Below the pieces are notes generated by a model that made no database searches, was not told the DNA's origin, and was given only the letters and a program-made list of their open reading frames with translations. Positions 14,249 to 34,003 of a DNA stretch of 64,000 nt are shown here, in pieces; positions within the stretch are counted from its first letter, which is position 1; every line of letters begins with the position of its first letter. Source of the stretch: the human T2T-CHM13v2.0 reference genome, Homo sapiens; NCBI RefSeq assembly GCF_009914755.1, contig NC_060947.1; one strand, 5' to 3'. The position numbers and the translations under genes are program-made.

Positions 14249-14297
14249 CATCATCATCATCATCATCCTCCTCCTCCTCCTCCTCCTCCTCATCCTC
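14249..14297 (+). repeat. Compound (CAT)n(CCT)n microsatellite
   Basis: Seen directly. Confidence 0.9.
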
Positions 14298-14487
14298 GTT
14301 ACAAATGAGAGAACTACAGTTCAAACAGTGTGAAATAATTCCCCAAGGGAACACAGTCAATATGAACCCTGACCTTGTCCAACTCCATTGCCCACACTAA
14401 TTTCTCTCCTACAGCAGTAAGATGTTTAAAATACATTTAATTTACTTTTCGTTTTCTTTTCTTGTTTTGGTTTGCTTTTTGCTTTAC

Positions 14488-14622
14488 CTGACTCCAGAAG
14501 CTTCTTGACACAGGCTCTCTGTTGGTTTTCACAAGCCAAATAGAGTGGAGTGCCCAGGTGGCTGATCTTATGGTCAATGTTGCCCCCATAAGCTATAAGA
14601 GAGTTGACACACTCCACGTGGC
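14488..14622 (-). CDS. ASB9: ASB9 coding exon 5 (135 nt; [14 protein letters not shown]...KKLLES)
   Basis: Overlaps ORF 14426..14617; cag acceptor and gtaaag donor; TPLYLAC ankyrin motif. Confidence 0.96.
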
Positions 14623-14765
14623 CTGCAGCCCAAAGCAGGAAGAAAAACAGTTACAATACAAGTTCCCTTAGCTAGAAAGACATTGCCATCCCCATTTTGC
14701 ATTAAATTTGGCAGCAGCTTATCCAGGGGACCAAAAAGCTATTTCCTTCAATTAGAATCAGGAGT

Positions 14766-15076
14766 GATTTTATTTTATTTCATTTTATTTTATTTTAGAA
14801 ACGGAGTCTCGCTCTGTCCCCCAGGCTGGAGTGCAGTGGCGCAATCTCGGCTTACTGCAAGCTCCGCCTCCTGGGTTCACGCCATTCTCCTGCCTCAGCC
14901 TCCGAGTAGCTGGTACTACAGGCGCCCGCCACCACACCCTGCTAACTTTTTTGTATTTTTAGTAGAGATGGGGTTTCACCGTGTTAGCCAGGATGGTCTC
15001 AATCTCCTGACCTCGTGGTCCGCCCGCCTCAGCCTCCCAAAATGCTGGGATTACAGGCGTGAGACCAGGCCCGGCC
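14766..15076 (-). mobile_element. AluY-like with TSD aatcaggagtgatttta
   Basis: Antisense dimer, duplicated flank. Confidence 0.95.
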
Positions 15077-16029
15077 AAATCAGGAGTGATTTTAACCACT
15101 GCTATCAGTTAATGGTTTGACCATAGGATGCAATCTGCAACTACGGGTGAAACTCCATTTGAGTTTACTAGCCACGGTAACCAACCAGCAACTATCCACC
15201 TTTTTCAATTGTCTGTGGCTTTGTAGTTTGTCTAAGTACAGAAATTGAAGTGAGAGCTTGGGAGAGATATGGAGGAACAGGACCTGAAGGTGGAACTGAA
15301 GAATAAAGGGCACAGTGTGGGCCACGGGACAGGGAAGGAAACTTACAACCTCTCCAAAGGCAGGCCCGGGAGGAACAGGCCACAGCGGGTATAGGCAATG
15401 CTTAGAAGAAACTGCCAAATCCAACATGAGCAGGGCCCAATCTGAAAAACTAGGTGAAAGCTGAATCACACTTCCTTGGTCCAGGATGTCATATTTTTGA
15501 CATTGCTCCTCTACGTTTCTCTTGCTGTATTTTAGTTCTATGTATGCAGCGAATATGATGAGTTAAGATGTTCTCAATAAATAATATTAATGCTTTGGGA
15601 GATCATTATGAGTGGGTTGGTCCAGTCAAATGGGAAGCCATTCTATGAAAGCCACTGGAGAAACAGAAAGCCCTCTGGCAAGGTATGGTCATTACGATGA
15701 TGATAAATATTGGAGAAAATAAAAACTTGTGATTTTATGAGCTAAGACTATCAGAAAAATTATGGCTTTAATGAAAAGAATTATCCCAAACTGTATGCAA
15801 CATCAAATACTTTCAAAAATTGAAAGCTTATTTCATTTGGCAAACTTAAGTGTCACTGAGACAATGTTCTTTAAGGCCCTGAAATAGAAGAATATAATTT
15901 GTTTTATGAAATAACTTGATTTCTATAAGGTCACGGGTATAACAACGGATTCCACAAATATTGATGGATAGTCTACTATGTGCCAAGCCCTGTTTCAGTA
16001 ATACAGCAGTGAAAAACATTCAAAATGCT

Positions 16030-16225
16030 CTAAAAGGGAGGCACTCAAACTTACTGTGTACCAGAAAGCAGCTGGAGGGCTTATTAAACAAAATACAGAG
16101 GGCTGAGCCCCATCCCCAGTTACTGATTCAATGGGGCTGGAGTGAGGCCGAAGAATCTGCATTTGCAGGCCAGGTCATGCTGATGCTTCCAGTCCTGGGA
16201 CTCCATTTTGAGAACTACTGCTCTA
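16030..16225. mobile_element. MER5A-like
   Basis: gaatctgcattt...tgatgct...ctccattttgagaactactg. Confidence 0.65.
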
Positions 16226-16311
16226 AAATATATCTCCTTTTCTTTCTTTCTTTCAGCAGTAAGATGTCCCTTGAAGGAGTGGGTAGAAAAAAAAATTCTC
16301 AACAGATTTAC

Positions 16312-16462
16312 CTCTCCTAGCAGCTTCATGGATGGGGGATGCCAGATCACTCTCAGGTTGAACGCTGGCTCCGTGCTGCAGAAGCAAATTCACACAATCC
16401 CAGCTGCCGCTGACACAAGCATTAAACAGTGGAGTGTGCCAGTCTGCTGTCACACCATTCAC
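16312..16462 (-). CDS. ASB9: ASB9 coding exon 4 (151 nt; VNGVTADWHTPLFNAC...SPIHEAARR)
   Basis: Within ORF 16253..16552; ag/gt boundaries; ankyrin motifs. Confidence 0.96.
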
Positions 16463-16957
16463 CTGGTAAAAGAAGCTCCAGAATGAAGACAGGAAGGGGG
16501 ATGTTTTGGGTTCAAATGTGGGGTCCACCACTCTGAAGATGTTATTTAACATCTCTGAGCCTTAAATTCCTCAGCTATAAAATGGAGAAATAACTACGAA
16601 ATTCCACAGGTTTTTGTGAAAAATGGAATTAGGGAGTGGCTATAAAGCATCGAAAATGTTACTCAATGTTCTATCTCCTCCATGCCCTCCCCAGGAACAT
16701 GAACTTTGAAACTAGTTAGGATAATTTCAATCGCTTACAAACTAATCCCTATTTTAAACTTCTTTCCTAGACCCATCCCACACCAATTCAATTTCTTAAC
16801 GGGTGCAAGAAGATTACTCTTGCTGCTGTGAGGAAATTGTTGAAATTATTAGCTGTGTAATTTAGTATATTCTTAAAGTATAATTTAGAAAACTTTAAAA
16901 AACTTGACTTTCATACAAATATAGAATTAACACATACCCAAGATTTTATTCAACTCA

Positions 16958-17680
<723 letters not shown>

Positions 17681-17927
17681 AAAAACTGGTTAATGTCCTA
17701 TAGGGCCATAAAAGTATAATCTTTGAGGCTATCTTTTCTAATGTTGGAAATCAGACAGAAATTTCGAAGTTAATGTCTAACTTCACAGTGTTTGGGCTAT
17801 AATTAAATAGTGAATAGAAAAGCCAAGTGCAGACACATTCTTGTATATCATTAAATGATTATCTGGTGAATCTTTTAAGCAATGATATTGTGAAGACAAC
17901 GAATTCCTTCTCAAACTCTACTTCCAA

Positions 17928-18089
17928 GCAGGGCCAGGACCAGAGTGAGACATAAAAGTTGCCCAGGGTAAAAAATTTAAGGACATATTCATTTTTGGAG
18001 TCACACAAATAGTGCAGGACCCTGAGAGCGAGCACTTCTTTCAAGTTTGTACCCTAGGTGTCTCTTGCTTCACCTTGACACGTTCCCTG
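17928..18089. mobile_element. Small hAT (Tip100-like) MITE
   Basis: CAGGG...CCCTG termini, aaaaaatttaagg internal motif. Confidence 0.45.
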
Positions 18090-18794
18090 TTTCCAAGTTT
18101 TGAATGTTTTCTTAACCCAAATATAAATCTGGCAGTGCACTCACCTCTGGCTCTTTACTGATCTCAGGACAAAGCCCATTCTTTTTTTGGCATGGACAAG
18201 GCTGCTTATGTTCTGAACCCTCTCACCTACTCTACTGTCCTGCCGTAAGGAATGACTTCAAGATATAAAAATTGCTCACTATCATTTCTGGGACTTTGCA
18301 TTTGCTGTTGCCAGAAGATAGCAAGCCCATAATTTTCCCCAACCCACCATTCAGTTGCCTAACACAAAACAGGTCCATTTTTGCTGCTCTTGCAATCCCT
18401 GCTACCATGTGAACAAGTCCAGGTTGCCAGCTAAAGGATGAATGACCACATAGATTTTCTGTCTCCTCAGACATCCTAGCCATCCCAGGCAAATGTGTGC
18501 TTTCCACAATATTTCATTACCTTCCGGCCATAACAATGAAGACAGAAGTCTAATAACTATTTATTAGTAGTGTATGATAAAGAAAATGATATAGACTGTA
18601 AGCGTGACTAAAAATTTAGTATTTCATCCATCCATCACTAAAGCAAACAAGCCTGATGAACATAATTTTCTTGAAAAACAACTGTCTTCATATTTCAAAT
18701 CAGTCTAATCAAAAGTGCTGGAAGTTATTCAGAAGGGATATACATAGTCATTTTTCATTCTTGGTTTCTAAGATGTTGTTTCAGCTGCCCTTAC

Positions 18795-18902
18795 CTGAGC
18801 TCCATGCTTTAATAAAATCTTCACACAAGAGAGATGACCTCCAAGACAGGCTTCATGGAGTGGGGAAACATGATCTGCCGTGATGATGTTCACAGCCCAC
18901 CC
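18795..18902 (-). CDS. ASB9: ASB9 coding exon 3 (108 nt; GWAVNIITADHVSPLHEACLGGHLSCVKILLKHGAQ)
   Basis: Translated by hand (not in the ORF track); cag acceptor and gtaagg donor; ankyrin repeat. Confidence 0.96.
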
Positions 18903-19059
18903 CTGAAGGAGGGGAAACAGTCAGAGTAAGGGGTGCAAAGCAACAGTGCCCTGGGGCTGCTTTTCAGCCACCATTCCAGTACTATGACAAAGCTGACCTG
19001 GCTCAAAGTCAGATGTTACACTAAGGTGTTTATATTGACTTTAAAAAAAAAAAAATGCC

Positions 19060-19730
19060 ACACTACTGGTGGGAGTGTGGTATGGTATAACCACTCAGGA
19101 AAACAGTTTGACTGTATCTATTAGAGCTGACAATGCATATGCCTATGACTCAGCAATTTGACTCTTAGGTATATATACATCTAGATAAATATACAAGAAT
19201 ATTCACAACAGCATTGGTCATAATAGTCAAAAACTGCAAACAAACCAAATGTCCATCAACAATGGACTGAATTAATTAACTTTGGTATAATCTTTCAGCA
19301 GAAAGATTACACCCAACAAATCATAATGGCAAGCACTACAAGGGTGATGCTTGCAAAAATAATGTTGAGCAAAAGAAGCAAAATCCAAAAGCATACACAC
19401 TGAATGATTACATCAATTTAAAGTTCAAAATTAGGCAAAACTACCCCATATTGTTTCAGAAGACATAATATATAGAGTAAAACCATAAAGAAAACAAGGA
19501 AATCGGGATAATGGTTACTCCTGTGGAAGAGGGACAGGATTGTGTTCTAGAAAGCACAATAAGGGGAGGGATGGGTGAGTCTTTGGAGGAGCCAGCATTG
19601 TGCTATTTTTCCATTTCCTGACCTGGGGAGGCAGTCACATGGCAATATTCTCATCATCATCACTTTTTATTCAACTGCACACGTGTTTAAGTTCTTTCAT
19701 GCTTATGAAATTTCTCAATTTTTTTAAAGT
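19060..19730 (+). mobile_element. Old L1M 3' fragment
   Basis: cctatgactcagcaatt...aaaccaaatgtccatcaac. Confidence 0.7.
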
Positions 19731-20089
19731 CAGCGTGGCCCAAATTGCTAAGTTTTAACAAGCAATTATTAAGTTTTAACATATTCACAAGTGGCTCTAC
19801 CTTGTGAGACAATTAAAAGGAAATTTTCAAACTGCGAGGGAAAAGAAATAGACTGCTGCATGTACCTTTTAGGAAGCCTAAATGTACTTTCTTATTTTAG
19901 GAAATTGAAATGTACCTATTAACTAATATAATTGCTCTTTAAACATAAGTATTTAGTAACACACAGGATTTAATAATATTTGTAATAAAAATATCAGTTT
20001 CACCCAATTTTTTTTCTCAAAAAAACCCTCCTTTTCCTGACATTTAATTGTTTTTCTTAGATTTCCTAGCTCTATCATAGTTTTGACAA

Positions 20090-20863
<774 letters not shown>

Positions 20864-21049
20864 ATGTGCCAACTTTTGTCGTGATCAAAGAAAAGAATAT
20901 GTCATTTCTTACTTTACTATTCATACCTAAGACTTAAATGTCCAATTGGCAGGAGAAAATATCTTATTTTCTCACAGTCATCACACTTATAGAAAGTAGC
21001 TTTGTCAATGCCACAAGAGGGGTATGATTGTCACATGAAGCAAAAATCA

Positions 21050-21500
<451 letters not shown>

Positions 21501-21824
21501 AAAACCAGCATTTAGGTGTTTATACATAAATCCACGTAAATGAAATACAACAACACAGCTATTCGTAACACAAAAAGTTTTCACCACATATTCACATTGC
21601 AGAGAGGTTCCTTCTGTAAAGTTAGAAACTCATTTGTAGTTCATCATCAAGCTACAGTTCTACCTTAAATTAACTGTGATTTGTCTAAATTATTAACAAG
21701 TCTGAGTCATATAAAATCATAAGGTAATTAACCCATTACTTCACAGTGTTCAGTCCACAGTCAGTTCTTAGTTTTTAAAAAAAGATTGAATGGCTTAACT
21801 TTAATATATCTATTTTCAGTCGTC

Positions 21825-22170
21825 AACTACTCTTAGTTGACAAAATGTACTTCTCTTGAGCCTTGACTTTGGATGTGGTCATGTGACTTGACCAGTGGGA
21901 TGTTAGCAGATGTGACATGAACAGATTGGAAGTATTCTTGCATGGTGGGGCTTGTCCTGCTGTGCTCCAGCGTTTTGCCAAGAAAAAATAATTCCTCAGG
22001 TAGCCAGTGGTCCAAGCAGGATGAAAGAGATGTGCAGCAGGGCTACACCCAACCCACAGCTGGGAGCCAAGCCCAGCCAAGCCCAGCCTAGATGAACTGA
22101 CACAAACACACATCAGCAAGAAATAATGGTTACTGTATCATGTCACTGAGTTTTGGGATGGTTTGTTATT
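21825..22170 (+). mobile_element. MLT1-type MaLR LTR
   Basis: ggtcatgtgacttgaccagtgggatgttagcagatgtgac...cactgagttttggg. Confidence 0.7.
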
Positions 22171-22923
22171 GAGTTATGGGGTGGACTGACCTAGGTAGGT
22201 ATTAGAATACTCATTTTATGAAAGCAGAAACCGGGGCTCTAAAAAGACATCTTACACAAATAATGTGATAGAACTTGGAGATATGGTTCTGGCTGATGTT
22301 TCATAAACACATAAATACTGAATGTAAATGAGTATCTGTCCAATTTAAGAAGTGATATATAAAAGCTGCAGTGATCATTTTTCATGCTATCAAAATAGGG
22401 TAAATTTCTAATTTTATCTGAGAAGTAGCCTAACTTCTTTTAGCTAGAATTAGTGTTATAATCTATTTATAATAGACTGCTGCTACCAAAAATGGCTTAA
22501 GATAGTGGCTTAGGATAGTATGAAATTTTTCTTTAGAAATTATTTTCTTATAGGAGGACTTCTTACTCTAGATAGGTCTATGAAATTGGATTTTTTAAAG
22601 CACATTTATTCTCACTCAGCTCTATCTGAAATTTAGCATTTCCTTCAGTTCAGAATGTAGACAACAAACCACAGTAGTAATAGTATTATGTAGGGTTATC
22701 TCCAATAGAAATTACAGATATTTTCTATTGTATTACAATTGCTGTAGACATCTAAAATATCTCAAAATCTATACTCATCCTATTTAGACGTTATGGTAGT
22801 TACTAGAATCACCACTAGGTCTTCTATTTAATGAATTAATTTAAAAGTCCCTATGTTATTATGTCACACATTTGTTTTAATATTTTGATAGGTTTCTTCT
22901 GTATTGTATTTTCAAAAAGCTAC

Positions 22924-23003
22924 CTGGCTGATGAGGTTCCTCAGAGACAGCTGATGTCCGTGGATTGCAGCTTCATGCATAGGAGACCAATCAGACACAG
23001 CAT
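22924..23003 (-). CDS. ASB9: ASB9 coding exon 2 (80 nt; DAVSDWSPMHEAAIHGHQLSLRNLISQ)
   Basis: ag/gt flanks, phase 1 to 0 fits neighbouring exons, ankyrin SPxHxAA motif. Confidence 0.96.
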
Positions 23004-23725
23004 CTGTATGGAAAGAGGGGAATGGGTTATATCCTGCTAATGCACTTAGACCCAGAGGCTTATCCTTGCCCATCAATAAGAGCCTAACAGGCCCTGGATG
23101 GAGGGAGACATTGGATTCACTCAACCAAAATTCCCATCAGGAATTCAGCATTTCTCTTCTTTATTAATATTTTTTGTGCACAGTTTGTTTGAAATGTCTG
23201 GATAGCTTGGGAAAGAACTACAGCCAGTCCTCAAACTAAGGACAAAAGAGGTGGATTGGGATGACAGATTACTCTATTTCTATTTACACACTGGTTTCAA
23301 AGGCAAATGGCCCATTTAGTTAAGCGAGAGCTTCACTAATTACCAACATTAGTGTGTTAAGCTGTAGCTGTCAGTCTAGTTTCCTGCATGAAATACAGAC
23401 TTTGGCATCTCACCAAACAGTGTTCTGTATTAATAGTAGTAATCATGTAATTACATACACCATTAGGTTTGGAATCAAATCTAAACAGAACCATATCTAT
23501 TTATAGATTATCTCCTGTCCTAATATTAAGCACAAATCAGTGTTCAGTCTCACCTTGAAACAGGGACATTATTTACCCTCAAAGGCAGCATGCCAAGGTG
23601 GTTAAAGAAAGCTCTTAATTCAGACCCGCTTCACCTTTTCTGACCTGTGGGTCCCGGGAAAGGCCCAGTGCCGCAGTTTCCTTCTCTGTAAAGTTACAAG
23701 TTGAGCAGCCCTAATATATAATATA

Positions 23726-24064
23726 CAGGTTGAGCATCCTTAACCCAAAACTCCCAAATCCAAAATGCTCCAAAATCCAAAGCTTCTTGAGTGCTAACAT
23801 GATGCCACAAGTGGAAAATTCCACATCTGACATGTGATGGGTTGCAGTCAAAACGTTGTTTCATGCACAAACTTATTTAAAATATTATATAAAATTATCT
23901 CAGGTTATGTGTGTAAGGTGTATATAAAACATAAATGCATTTCGTGTTTAGACTTGAGTACCATCCACAAGATAAGTCATTATGTATATGCAAATATTCC
24001 AACATCTGAAAAAACTGGAAACACTTCTGGTCCCAAGGATTTCAGAGACGGGATGCTCAACCTG
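23726..24064. mobile_element. Tigger4/Zombi-type MITE
   Basis: TA-caggttgagcatcc ... gggatgctcaacctg-TA terminal inverted repeats. Confidence 0.85.
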
Positions 24065-24137
24065 TACTTACCATGGCTCAACACATACTAGCTACTATTA
24101 TTATCCTGCCCTAACACTAAACAGAGAGTCTTAATTA

Positions 24138-24514
<377 letters not shown>

Positions 24515-25837
24515 TTAGGAAAGAAGCCTGAAAACCCAATCCCAACCCATTAAATGCTTTCCTCTCTCTTAATTGAATATAACTGAATGAGGCATAGATC
24601 TGATTTTTTTCTCATCTCAAGCTTCATCTGATTTCCAGTAGAAATGTGAGGGAGGCGTGCCTGAACCTGCTTCAGCTCCAGCTCCACCTGCTTCGCCAAA
24701 CACACTACATACAAACAAGGTAGAAAGGTCTGGTGCCAGTTATGCCTTGCACGGAAGCTAATAGCTCCTAAAAACTGAGAAGACCTGGAGAAGGAGGATA
24801 CTTAACTATCTATACCTTGCAAACTGAAAGGCTATGAAGTATCCTTTGTATTTAACACATGTTGGCTTAACACTTTGTACTTAACACATGAGGCCCGTCT
24901 GTCTGCCACCTGAAGCCATCAGTGCCCTGGAAAATCTGTATTAGTAAGCAAATTACCATTCTTCCAGATGGATTCATTAAGCATTTAGTACATAAAAGGA
25001 AGACAAATGAGCCCATCTACATACCGCCCATCCAATGCTTTCCTTCTGGGGTCACTAAAGGTGCTTGAGACAAGGTACATCTTAAGTGAAATGGCTTTTC
25101 GTACCGTCAAAACCTCACGCTTAATAGATACTCAATGTCCTCACGGCATTCTCTGAGGCTCCTAATTATTTCTGGAATAATACTGCTGATTCTAGGGCTT
25201 GGAAGCTAAAATTCGGACTGCAGACATGGAAAGATTGATCTCCAAATTAGAATTAAAAGGACAACTAATTCCACCCTGTTGGTGCTGATAATGCCAAATA
25301 CCATTCACACAAAATCTTGAATGAGAACAAAGAGCCACAAATTGAGAAAGGTTTTGAAAATCAGTTTTCAATAGATTTGCAAATGTATCTTGATGGATCA
25401 CCATATGTATGATGATTAATCCACTTTTTTTTCCAAGTGCTCAGCTGCTAAGAAATACAGCTGCCACATTCCCCAACCTCTCTTAGAGCTCCCTAAGATT
25501 ATTATTGTCGACAGGCTAAACAGTCCAGGCAGGTAGATTGCATCCTAATTTGTAACTGTTCAGATTTCATAAAAATGACGCATTTATCAAGTGTAGCCAC
25601 AAATGGTCTTACTTTCTGCTCATTCATCATGGGACCATTACTCTTTCTATTTGGGGCAAATAAAGAAGTACGTACTTCTCCAAGAGAATAACAAGGCTAT
25701 CTGAATTTGCACCTCTGCAGAATGTAGTGTTTACAGAGCAGAGACAGCTTGTGTCTTTGAGAAGTACAGAGTGTTGTCCTGGTACACGTAGTGAGGGGCT
25801 GACAATGTGAATATCTCTAGCTAGCTAGCTAGCAAGC

Positions 25838-26470
25838 AGCTGTATTGAGATATAATTCACATACCATACAATACACCCATTTAATGTGTACAATTCAGCA
25901 GTTTTCAGTATATTCAGAGCTATGCAACCAACACCACAATCAATTTTAGAACATTTTCATCACCCCAAAAAGAAACTCTGTGCCCATTAGCAGTCACTCC
26001 ACAGTTCTACTTCCCTCAGCCCCTGGCAGCCATGGATCTACTTTCTGTCTCTATGGATTTGCCTATTCTGGACATTTCATATAAATGAAACCATACAGTA
26101 TGTGGTACTTTGCAACTGGCTTCTTTTATTTAGCATGTTTCAAAGTTTCATCCATGTTGTAGCGTGCATCAGTACTTCATTCCTTTTTTTTTTTTTTGGC
26201 CAAATAATTCCATTGTATGGATAAGCCACATTTTATGTATTCATTCATCAGCTGATAAAAATTTGTGTCATTTCTACTTCTTGCCTATTATGAATAATGC
26301 TGCTATAAACATTCATATACAAGTTTTTGAGCAGATATATGTTTTCAATTCTCCTGAATATGCACCTAAAAGAATTGCTGTATGATATGGTAACACAATG
26401 TTTATTTTGAGACTGTTTTCCAAAGTGGCTGCCCTACTGTATGTTCCCATCAGCAGGATATGAGGCTTCC
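25838..26470 (-). mobile_element. L1MB-type 3' fragment
   Basis: attgagatataattcacataccataca...ttttccaaagtggctg. Confidence 0.85.
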
Positions 26471-26669
26471 CCTTCTAACATAAAGTCATTTCAGTTCAGG
26501 GTTTGTTAAGCCTGTCACAGTATGCCTATGCTCCTGCCCAGAAGAAAAACGTGAGTCCCTGTAAAACTAAAATCCATCTCAAATTTATACAAGGACTTTG
26601 ACCTCAGCAGGTATCAGAACAAATGAGTGATTATGTGAAAATTTACAGTAGTGACAATTAATAATTTAA

Positions 26670-27003
<334 letters not shown>

Positions 27004-27583
27004 TAACATTCAGAGAGCATAGATTGTGTGTATGTGTGTGTGTATTAGCAAGAACTTATCTTTCTTTTAAATTGTACCCTCATCAAACCTGGAGCACATT
27101 AGGGAGGCTGCCATTTCATTTTTATTGTAATTTGTGGAACATTTTTTTCATTTCCATTATTTCAAAAGAGATTTAAGATGCACTAATTGGTACATGCTGA
27201 AAATAGCTATTACTGATGTTCTGAGAACCCCAGTGAATGCTGGGCGGTAGCATAAATCTACTCATCCTGAGAAACGTTTTGCAAAGTCAAGGAGACAAAA
27301 AAGAAGTCGGGTTGCTCTGAGGGGACAGGAGTATTTGCCTTCAGTCTTCAGGACACAATAAGGGTGGATTCAGTGGCATGAACCAACCTGCCAGAACCTG
27401 GAAAGGATCTGGGTGCTGTATTCACAATTATTGTGGACCTTGGTTTGATCCCAGGACAAACAGAAAGAGGAGAAAAAGAAACAAGAGGCTTACAGTCAGA
27501 AACAAACAGAAAGGCCCACTGAGGCAACTCTTGGGCAAGTCAGGCCTGTCCACTGCAGTTCTTTCTCCAGTTCCATCATCCAG

Positions 27584-27664
27584 CCTCTCCTCTCCTCTTT
27601 CTTCTCTCTCTTCTCTCTCTTCTCTTTCCTGTCTCCCTCTCTCTTCTCTCTCTCTCTCTCTCTC
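27584..27664 (+). repeat. (CT)-rich polypyrimidine microsatellite
   Basis: Seen directly. Confidence 0.9.
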
Positions 27665-28019
27665 AATATAAAGCTGCCTTCTCCAAAGGGCCCTCACATT
27701 ATCACCCATTCTGTCTCAACAGGCAGGTTTTCCCCCAGAAAACTCACCCCTCCTGAGGTGCCCCAATATCTAAAAATTCACCATAAGACAATAAAATTGT
27801 TTTCTTTCAATACCTGTTCTAGCTTGTCTTCTGTTTAAATGTGAATACTCTCTACAGGGTGGGCTCAATTTTGCAAGGATAGAAATATCTCTACAGTTGT
27901 CAGTCTTCAGGCAAAACCCCAAAAGATAGACACTAACACTGGGAACAGTGATTACCTGCTTGGTGGAATTATGGGTGGTTAGTTTATCCTTCAATGTATT
28001 TTCCTAAGTTTCTATGAGT

Positions 28020-28470
28020 AGGTATAAATTAGCCTCCTAGGGATACCATAACGAAACACCACAAACTGGGTGGCTTAAAACAACAGAAATTTGTTGTCGC
28101 CGAGTCCTAGAGGCTAGCAGTTGGCTAGAAGTCTGAAATCAAGGTGTGGACAGGGCCATACTCTATCCAAAGGCTCTAGGGAAAAATCCTTCCTTGCCTC
28201 TTCTAGCTTCTGGCAGTGGCCATCAGTCCTTGGTGTTCCTTGGTTTCTAGATGTGTCACTCCTATCTCTGCCTCTGTTGTCACATAGCATTCTCCATGTG
28301 TCTCCTTCTCCTTTTCTTATAGGGACTCTGGTCATGTTGGATTAAGGTCCATCCTACCCTACTTACGACCTCACCTGAACTAATCTTAACTAATAAGGTC
28401 ACATTCTGAGGCACGGGGGTTAAGAATTTAACCATATATATTTTCAGGGTACACAATTTAACTCATAACA
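28020..28470 (-). mobile_element. MLT1B/C-type LTR
   Basis: caccacaaactgggtggcttaaaacaacagaaattt...aaggtcacattctgagg. Confidence 0.85.
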
Positions 28471-29569
28471 AGCTACTTTCAGGAAAAAATTAAGACATTC
28501 TTTCCCTGCTCCTTGGACAGGAGAGTCTAACATGAAACAAATCTCTATAAAGAGTTGGTTGCCCATTTTTATAGCCTTTCCTCCCTCCCTACCCCCAGGG
28601 AAGTGGGCAGAAAAACGCCTGCAGGTGGAGGTGGGAGCAGCAAGATGATCCACACCTGGGCCCTATTTTCCCCTCTAACTTGGCCTTGTGCAAAGGGACA
28701 AGCTTCACCTGAGCTGAGTTTCTTGGCACAGCTATTTGAAAACAGCATTCTGAATGTTCCCCATTCCACACTTCACCAAGGTTAAGACCTCAGAAGCATA
28801 AACAAAAGCAACCAACTACAATTGAGGTTTTACCCAAGGGGCAGGACTGATGCAAAGCAGACGGAGAATGACTCCACTTGAGTAGGGAGAGGTGGAAAGT
28901 CTAGGAGGGCTTCATGGGGGCAATGGCTCAGCTGGGTGTAGAAGGTGAGTAGCAATTTGCCAGTCAGATTCACAACAGGAGGTAAGAAACCAGAAGTATC
29001 CAGGCACCTACCCTTGTGACTTCTACTTCTTTGAAAACTTCTCTTCCCTTAGCACCTGTGTAATTACAACATCCAGAATCTCTTTCTGCTTCTCTGTCCA
29101 ACTTACTGGTCCTACTTCATCAACTGGAGGCCTGTCCCAGGGTTCCATCCTTGGTTGACTCTCAGCTCTTAGCCATTGGACAATTTCTCCCTTCCCTAGG
29201 TTTCAACCACAGCCCCTCTGTAGGACATTCTGAGGTATCTGGCTTCTAACCTGTGATCGTTCCTAAGTCTCAGTCCCATGTCATCATACTGTGCACTGGG
29301 CATCATTGTTAGCACTATCATGTCCAAAACAGAACTCTGTATCCTCCCCTCCTCATCCTGCATCCAAGGCAACTTCCTTTCCAACTTCCCTCTTATCTAG
29401 CTTATCTGACATTACTTTGGGCTTGAGAACCTTATAATTTTGCCTGCCTTCTGTTAGTTCCAACATTTAATCAAGCAACATACGCTGATTTATCTTTCCT
29501 TTGAAATCATCGCCCTTTCTCTGTCATTTCCAAAGTTCGATCCAAATGTAAGTTTCATGGTTGGATTAG

Positions 29570-30365
<796 letters not shown>

Positions 30366-30720
30366 ATGAATGCAACCATCTCCCACGATTCCAACACAAT
30401 CTATCCCAGCTGTGGCTACCATGTTAATTGACCTACAGCCTTATTACCAGGTCTCTGTTCTAGAACCACCAATGGCTCTCAATTTCCTGCCTCATGAAGC
30501 CTGACCTCCTCCACTTAGCTCTTCAAGCTTTATCTGCCACTCCATCTCTTCAAACTTGTTCTCACTAGACTCCCTAAGACATTCACATTTTGCACTCTAG
30601 CTGTAAAAACTTGTTGACTTTACAAGCACCATGCCTTTGCGTATAACACCTGCCCACTCCCACTCACCCACCCTGACCCCACCAGGGTTGTATTAGGAAC
30701 TTTAGAAACCCTGAACAGTT

Positions 30721-32655
<1,935 letters not shown>

Positions 32656-32916
32656 AAATTCTTTGTGAAAAGTGATTTTTGATGCCACTCTTGCTTTCCT
32701 AGTTCTCCAAACTCATGCTCAATACATCTGCTGATTAATCCAGTTCTGCCTTTGTGGATCTAAATCCCACTCACCATTGAGTACTCTGCTCATTTTATAA
32801 GTGAAATTGGATAAATGAATGAATGAATGAGCAGGCTAGTCTACTCAGTCAAAGGGAAGACGTTTTGTGTTTTATTTCTTCCATTTTTACCTTTTTGGTA
32901 CCTGTATAGTAGATTA

Positions 32917-33729
<813 letters not shown>

Positions 33730-34003
33730 AGCAATTCAGCAGGGCTGCTGCAACACCAGCTTTCCCAGCTCTGGGTGCTGGGGCTTGTCTCCGTCACAAG
33801 CCCCCAAGGATCTCAACAGGGTGAACAACAGTTGCAGAAAGTGAGCTGTTGCCTTCACCCTCACCCTGCTGCTCCCTTTGCTCTCCGAAAGTTACGAACT
33901 TTGAGTTTCCTTCCCGATAAACTCCAAGGTTTCCTCACTGATTGGTCTCAGTTTGGGAAAGGACGTGACATCAGCAAGTTTGCAGACTTGGGGCTGGAGA
34001 GTT
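33730..34003 (+). repeat. Inverted intronic copy of the ASB9 upstream region (left arm)
   Basis: Reverse-complement alignment by eye to 35035-35311; 47-bp perfect block 33931-33977 vs 35061-35107. Confidence 0.95.

Noticed and set aside
27428-27709. Glu/Arg-rich ORF
   Set aside because: Translation of a (GA)n microsatellite
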